Part shown: positions 56,783 to 64,000 of the stretch, piece by piece | Layout of the letters: the number at the start of each line of letters is the position of its first letter | Position numbering within the stretch: position 1 is the stretch's first letter | Origin: the human T2T-CHM13v2.0 reference genome, Homo sapiens | Length of the DNA stretch: 64,000 nucleotides | Strand: one strand, 5' to 3' | Assembly: GCF_009914755.1 (NCBI RefSeq) | Contig: NC_060935.1 | Notes under the pieces: model-generated | Seen by the model: the letters and a program-made list of their open reading frames with translations, nothing else | What the model was told of the DNA's origin: nothing | The model's database searches: none | Program-made: the position numbers and the translations under genes

Positions 56783-59700
56783 CTTCTCTTTACAATCCTG
56801 TATTCCTAGAAGGAGGATAGAAGGAGGAAATTCTGATATTTCATGTTACAGACAAAAGTGAAATTCCTTACTCAACATTCTGAGTATTTTTCCATTGCGT
56901 TAACTATCAAAACTCATACCAATAATGTTTAAAGTTCATGAAAATGTATATAATGGGAGAAAGTTTCAGGAATTACCTGCCAGTGTTTCATCTTCTTGTT
57001 GCTTCACCCTGGGGCAACTGTGGGTAAGGGTTAAGTATTCAATTTGCAGGGAAACACTGAATTTTTTAATTCCAAGAGAGAGACAGCCTCTCATGGACTG
57101 CTTCATTTTGACAAAAAAAAAAAAAAAAGCCCCTTCAATGTAAGCCAGAATGTGAGTTTATAATGGACTATAATTCATGCCTGCTTGCTTCTTATCCTCC
57201 AATCACAATATAGCAGTGCTTAAAGCCATCAATATAGCAATTACACTTGAACACTGAAATTATGTGGTTATGCCTGGTTATAAATTGATTGTAAGATGAC
57301 TCAGAACATACTTATATATGTTTTGAAATTATCATTTAAATGAAAACTTAAAGTGAAACATTCTTAGAGAAATTAGCAATCCCTAGTATTATGATCTCCA
57401 GTTAAAACTCTTTAAAATTTCAAGTATTCAATAACACAGCTACCACAAATAGTAAATGAATTTCTATTATGTTCAAAGCATGCGACATCTGGTTTAGAAT
57501 AAATTCCTAATCAAAATAGACATAAGACTGCATCAATCCATAGGAACAACAATTACTGTTTTGGTACCAGGATAGTAATGAGTGTTTCTTAAAGAATAAC
57601 ATATTTAATTGTGTAGTAGTTCAGTGAAAAAAAATTATGTATATAAATATCCAAATATTTATAGATTAATCCAAATTCTTATTTTTTTTTTTTTTACTGG
57701 CAGACTTGGTATTTCATGACTTTAAAACTAAAAGCACAGTTTCTGAAGATTAAATGAATTTTTCTCTATTCATGTTATTTGAAAAGAGTATAAGGCAAGT
57801 CTTTTTACTCTATTGGTATGGAACATTGAGACTGAAATTTGAGAATATTGTTTTAAAATATTGAAGTTTTTCCCATTGCCAATCCGGCATTACCTCCACA
57901 AATCATAACTTATTACCATATGTGTACAGGATGAAATATTAAGTGTTATAGTAGTTAAATTGAAAGCCTAATACTTTGTAATGATTCCATAGCAGAGAGC
58001 TGCTACATCATACATTTAGTTTTATAATTATAGTGGTATGTTTTACAAAGATCCGAGAGTCTATTACCTGTCATAAGCTGAGAAGTATGGTAGTTCCTCC
58101 CACTGCTATCTTCTCTAATACATGCCTTCTTCCTTATTGGAGCAAGCAATAAACTGAGTAAGATTTAGAAAATCTAGTTTTCAAACTTCTAAAGTTTATT
58201 AGTTCTTTGATCTAGGAAATTCACTCAGTTTTTTGTAATTGGTTCCTTCTATGCTGAGAAGAATATGGTTAGATTAGGTGGGTATTTTAATTATTAAATC
58301 ATGCTCATAGCTAGACACACTTATTATTTAATATTTCTTTTCAAGATCACTTCCATTTTATATAAATTTATATTAAAGAATGCTGTTAACTATGACAATA
58401 TATTTAAAGAAATAAGAAAAAGTTATCAAATGTTATAGGACTAGTATAACTTTTTCATAATTTTGAGGATAATACCTGATGTCTTTGTGTTAAAAAAGGA
58501 GACTAAAAAGTATTAAAGAGATATTGACAGAAAATGATCAATTTTGACTTTCCCTTCATAATGTTATCAAAGATACCGAGCTAAATTGAAACAGGAATTA
58601 TACTCTTAGTGTAGTATACAATGTATTCTAAAGCTATATCTGTTAACCATCAAATAATCTTAAATATCACTAGTAATACAGCTACACAATTTAGAAAATG
58701 CTGAACTTATTACATCATACATCTTATTGCACTGAACAGTTTTGCATTATTAATAATTTAGTATCTGTGGAGTCCAGATATGGTTGCCATATCTGATCTA
58801 GGAGTAAGGTAAAAAGTCCACATGGATGCTGTGTAATTCCTCAAGAATGAAGAGAATAGAATTTGGAAATGCATGCTGTCTGTAGTACATTCTTCCATTG
58901 CCTTTGTGTATGTCCAGCCCTGATCATATACAAAATAACATGCAAATCTGAAAAATAAATCATGCAACATATAACAACTGAGTACGTCCTGACGACAGTT
59001 TATCTTACAGTTACATTGTGTGATAACTCTATCTTTTATTGACTTTTGGTGCCTATAATTTATTCTAGTACAGCCAGAACACACATTGTGAAGAATGCAA
59101 ATGACCTATGCATTTATGTTTTCTTTCTTTCTTTGCAGCATTAATATTAATGACTCTTGAGTTTATCTTAAAACATTATCTTTTACAGTAAAGTTTAAAT
59201 AATAGGTATAAACAATATTTCCATTTAAAAATGTAAGTAACTGACAGAAAAACTCCAACTTTTTGCTGTATTTTCAACTATATTTTGCCTTATAACATAG
59301 CTAGCAAAGTTATTTTCTCAAGTTCAATATGCAGTGCCCAACTCCCAAGGCCCCTGCACTTGCATTTCAAAGAACATTGCCCACTAATCATGCAGCTCAG
59401 TTTAGGCAAATTTTTTAGATGTAAATGCATTCCTTGATCATGTGTCTGCACACGGTTCAGGGAAGTGTTACATTCTATGCTGGGAGAAGGGAAAATTACC
59501 TAAAATGAAAACCCTGTTATGAATAAGGAACAGAATTAAAAATTATAAATGAAATTTCCATGTGCATTTAATTAATTTTTGTTGATTCTAAATGTTACAA
59601 ATAAGAATAGTGATATATATTGTTCTGAAGAACTAGTATTTTTTTAAATCATTATATTTTCAAACAATAAAGTATATTCTTACGTTACTAATGTGACACA

Positions 59701-59916
59701 GTATTTGGAAAAATGTTTCAAAAACTATTAGAGAAATCAGTTATGATTTCTAAGAACAAATATAGTTAATATATTGATTCTGAATTAACTTCAGTGATTT
59801 GTGTAACTAGATTCCACGATCTGTTGATAGTTTTACATGATTGTGATTACATTGTAAATGTTTTAATCCAAATTCATTTTTCCCTAGATACTTTATTTTT
59901 GCATAGCACACAACAT

Positions 59917-60838
59917 ATGGAAAGTCAAAGGAACATATAAAAATTCATACTCATGAGCCTTTCCTCTATCCAGAACATACAAATATTTGTTTTTGTGTTC
60001 TTATTTTGTAATGTTGCCATCTTGGTGGGAAACTTTCTGATCCTTATCTCTATTTGATGTAGTCCTCTTTTTAACCAACCAATGCACTATTTCTTCAGGC
60101 TATATGAATATCTACTATACCTCCTGTGTCACACCCAAAATAATTGGTGATCTAGTAGTGGGAAGAATAAACATCTCCTATGATAGGAGTCTTTCCCATG
60201 CACTTCTTTGGAATCATTGAAATCTTCATCCTTACAGTCATGGCTTTTGATCACTATGTTGCCATCTGCAAACCTCCCCGCTACCTAATTATCATGAATA
60301 GGACAAAATACAATACTCTAATCTCGGTTGCTTGGCTGTTGGGGCTTTCCATTCTTTGTTTCAGTTTTCTATGAAAATCTGGTTGCCTTTCTGTGGCTCC
60401 AACAAAATTGATGACTAATATTAAGATATTTTTCCTTTACTGAAAGTCGCTTGTACTGATACCTGCATCACTGGTGTCCTCGTGGTTGCCAATTCTGGAA
60501 TGTTTGCCTTGGTAACCTTGTTCTGTCGTTTGGCTCTTATGTCATTATACTATTCCCCTTAAAAAATCATTCAGTAGAGGGAAGATGCAAAGCCCTCTCT
60601 ACCTGTGGATCTCATATCACCATGGTAATCTTTTTCTTCGAACCTTCAATCTTTGCCTACCTTAGACCTTCTCACTTTTCCTGAGGACAAAATATCTGCT
60701 CTGTTTTACACTATTATTGCTCCAATGTTCAACCACCTAATCTATAACCTGAGAAATACAGAGATGAAAAAGGCCATGAGAAAAGTTTGGTACCAAATAT
60801 CATTTTCAGAAGAAAAACAGCTGATTTGTCCTACTTAG
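59917..60838 (+). pseudogene. OR4V1P: OR family-4 pseudogene, most similar to OR4P4 within this window (probably OR4V1P)
   Basis: ATG 59917 MESQRNI then TAA at 59938 and TGA at 60055. Frameshifted fragments read [95 protein letters not shown]. The pseudogene call is secure. The symbol rests on recalled gene order only. Confidence 0.85.
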
Positions 60839-60919
60839 TGTACTAAAGAACTTTATGCAGCAGGAAAAGTGTACATGTCTCCAACGACTGCTGTTAGGTT
60901 ATAAATTTTTTCCTTTTCT

Positions 60920-61400
60920 AGTTTAAAATTTTACTGTGGTAAAATATGTATAACATAAATTTACCATTTTAATCATTTAAGTGTACAGTTCAGTGGCTTT
61001 ACATTCATTTTGTGGTTCAACCATCATCACCATCCAGCTCCAGAACTTTTTCTTCTTTCCAAACTAAACCTCTCTGCTCTTTAACACTAACTCTCCAATG
61101 CCCCTTCCCCCAGTTTCTGGCAATGACTAATCTCCTTTTTGTCTCTATACATTTTTTATTAATACATAATAGTGGTACATATTTATGACCTACACGTGAT
61201 ATGTTGATACATGCATACAATGTGTAATGATCAAAGCAGGGTATTTATGATTTCCGTCACCTCAAACATTTATTATTTCTTTATGTTGGGAGCATTTTAA
61301 TTCTTCTCCTCCAGCTATTTTGAAATATATAATAATTAAATTATTGTTACCTGCAGTCATCCTACTGTGACACCAAACACTAGAATGCATTTATCTGAAT
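60920..61400 (-). mobile_element. L1MB-like 3' end (60920-61150) followed by L1MA-like 3' end (61150-61400)
   Basis: tgtggtaaaata..aagtgtacagttcagtgg..caccatccagctccagaac; then gatacatgcatacaatgtgtaatgatcaa..cctcaaacatttattatttc. Confidence 0.75.
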
Positions 61401-62352
61401 CTTTTTCAGTCTTTACGTACCAATATATATCACCATTTCCATTTATAAATTCCAGTTTTGTGACTTACCGGGAAAGATTCGGTTGTGTCCAAAATTATAT
61501 CTAAAACTCTCTTGGACAGTCTCATCCACTCCTAATTTTCTACAAGTTGTTTCATCACGAATGAATGATGTCTTTAATCAAATTATTTTTCTGGATCTAT
61601 TGAGATGGCAACATTTAGTTTCCTTCTTCCCTTTAATCTGTTAAGGTGGTGAATTATATTGATTTATTTTCCAGTGTTAACTCAGCTTTAGCTTTTCTAG
61701 GACAAACACAACACGAAACATACATTGATACCGAAACTAGACAAGGACAATTTAAGAAGAACAAATTTCAAACCAATTTGTCTCATAGACATAGAAGAAA
61801 ATATCCTAAGACACATTCTTGGATAAAAAACAAGGAATATATAAAATGATTCTATACCATGACTGAGTCAGGTTTTAAATCTTTGAATCCAATTCATTCA
61901 CTTATAATTGCCAGAAATGGACTGAAGTGTATCAGCAAAATCACAATTTCACAAGTGTATCTGAAATTTGGAAGAGTATATATATTTTGAAATTATTCTG
62001 GGCTAGAGGAATGCTGTCTATGTCATATAGAGTAAGCAATTCTGAGGCTGATGGTGTATTTCAAAAATAATCTGCATCTGAAATTTGCACATGGAAACTC
62101 GAAAACCTTTCTAGCATTCTGTAAGAATGAAGTAGACTGAAAGTGGTTTTCAGATATTAAAAAAAATAGTATTTTTATTATTGAGCTTTACTTCCGGAGA
62201 AGATAGTCAACTAAATCTTACATGATGGGCACTCTAATATAAACTATGTAATGAAAAAGTACACAGGGAATTTTGCTTAAAACGTGGAAAATAAAAGATG
62301 GTCAAATCTGTCCTCTGTGAGCTGCAAAAGCCACTTCTCCATTATCCTTTTA

Positions 62353-62592
<240 letters not shown>

Positions 62593-64000
62593 TTATAGCA
62601 AATTTATATTGAAGGAGTATATACATCATAATTGGGACAAGTCACCAATAAAGAAATGAATATCGTGTTAGGTTTTACCACTTCTCTAATACCAAGTGTT
62701 AGAAAACATTGTAGTAATGTCTACAGTTTTCTAGAGAAAAAGGGTTGAGAATGATAAACTTTATTTCTAGTCTTACTGTCTTTAATAAGTGTAGGAAATA
62801 AAATGACATCTTCACATTTGTTTGGCTTCATAATATACACTACCTACATGTCGTTTTGAATAAAAATTCTAAAAAGTATTTTTACTGATAAACATTCACC
62901 ATCTTTGTTCATATCATGCTTGATGAGTTTAAGTCATTCCTCATTTTTGTGTCATAGCCTACTTATGTTTACACTGATCCCTCAAATTCTACTATAAATG
63001 TTGAAACTTTTCTAATGCAACCAGCCTCTAAGAAACCTTTAATTCCCACTTTGATGGTGTTAGCAAGTAAAAGGAATTACTTATTTTATAGTTATATTTC
63101 AAATTTGGCCAATATACTATTGGCACAGGAATTTCATTAAAATTTTGCATTTCATCACTCAGACAGTAATTCCTTAAGCAATATATTTTCTACCAAGAAC
63201 TTAATGCACAAGGAAATATTTTTTTACTATTATTTAAAAATTGAGGAATAAAAAATTCATTATATGAAAGTATAAAATACATGCAATAAACAAATTTGCA
63301 AAAATTCAAAGATCAAATATTATATTAAAACATTCTAAAATATTGGATGTAATTATTATTAGAAAGAGAAAAAGATAAATTTTTTATTTGTATTTTTCAA
63401 GAGTAGTACTACTCTGATAACTAGAAAAGTAGCTTAAAAATGCATGTACAGCATGAACCAATTTTGTTTTATCAATGTGCACACATATACCTTAATAATG
63501 TTTGCCTCAAACTAGAGGGAGAATATATTTTATACGCATTTTTTAATTCCCTTTTTTTTAAAAAAAAGCCAACATAGAAGGATAAATGTAGATTTTTTTT
63601 CACTGGAGAAAGGAGAATTCATTTGAGCAAATGAATGAGAAAGTAAGTCTGCAAAGTTACCAATGCAAGGACCCCAAATCAGAGCTTGAAGAGTATCTGT
63701 AGGGCCAGAGAAGGGGACGATCAGAGGGGATCTCATGGAAAGACCTCTGTGTGTTTAGAAGAGAAATAATTGTGGGAATGCTACATAGACTGGAGGAGAC
63801 ATCCAGAATAAAAGTGTAGTAATGTTTGAAAAAAGATGACCTTAGGAGTGTTGGAAATAGACTAGACAAAAATAGAATACCTAGAATGACTTTCAAATTA
63901 ATTCTTTGGAGTCAAATCAAGCCCCATAACCTGCCCTAGGCAGCTTTAATGCCTTGGATATGGCTTTAGAATTGTCTGACATGTTTTTCACTTCTACAAA

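Noticed and set aside
63005-63018. AACTTTTCTAATGC resembling the OR-enhancer homeodomain 13-mer
   Set aside because: Imperfect match, no adjacent O/E site seen, and expected by chance in AT-rich DNA.

Overview
AT-rich, repeat-dense primate (almost certainly human) DNA from a family-4 olfactory receptor cluster. It carries three intact single-coding-exon OR genes on the + strand, recognised from their proteins as OR4P4 (24639-25577), OR4S2 (37185-38120) and OR4C6 (51446-52375). A heavily disabled OR4P-like pseudogene follows (59917-60838, probably OR4V1P), which places the window at chromosome 11q11-q12. Most of the remainder is transposable-element debris: a near-complete Hsmar1 mariner interrupted by an L1; a ~11 kb nested L1PA16-like/L1PA4-like/Alu/THE1 stack; ancient L1M blocks; nine Alus; MaLR/ERVL LTRs; an ERVL-type pol remnant; MER2; and many MIRs. 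I found no evidence for a new gene family or biological system, and the other ORFs in the track are repeat-derived or chance. The most interesting signals are DNA-repair and retrotransposition fossils: (1) a 55-bp templated insertion in an Alu copied from 2.6 kb downstream; (2) a poly(A)-tailed, TSD-flanked ERV1-LTR fragment retroposed into an MLT1 LTR; (3) a TSD-less left/right-arm chimeric Alu suggesting an Alu-Alu deletion; (4) a probable 19-nt L1 3' transduction; (5) a twin-primed L1. In addition, OR4C6 carries a cluster of non-canonical residues. Repeat subfamily names and gene symbols come from recognition, not from a database search.
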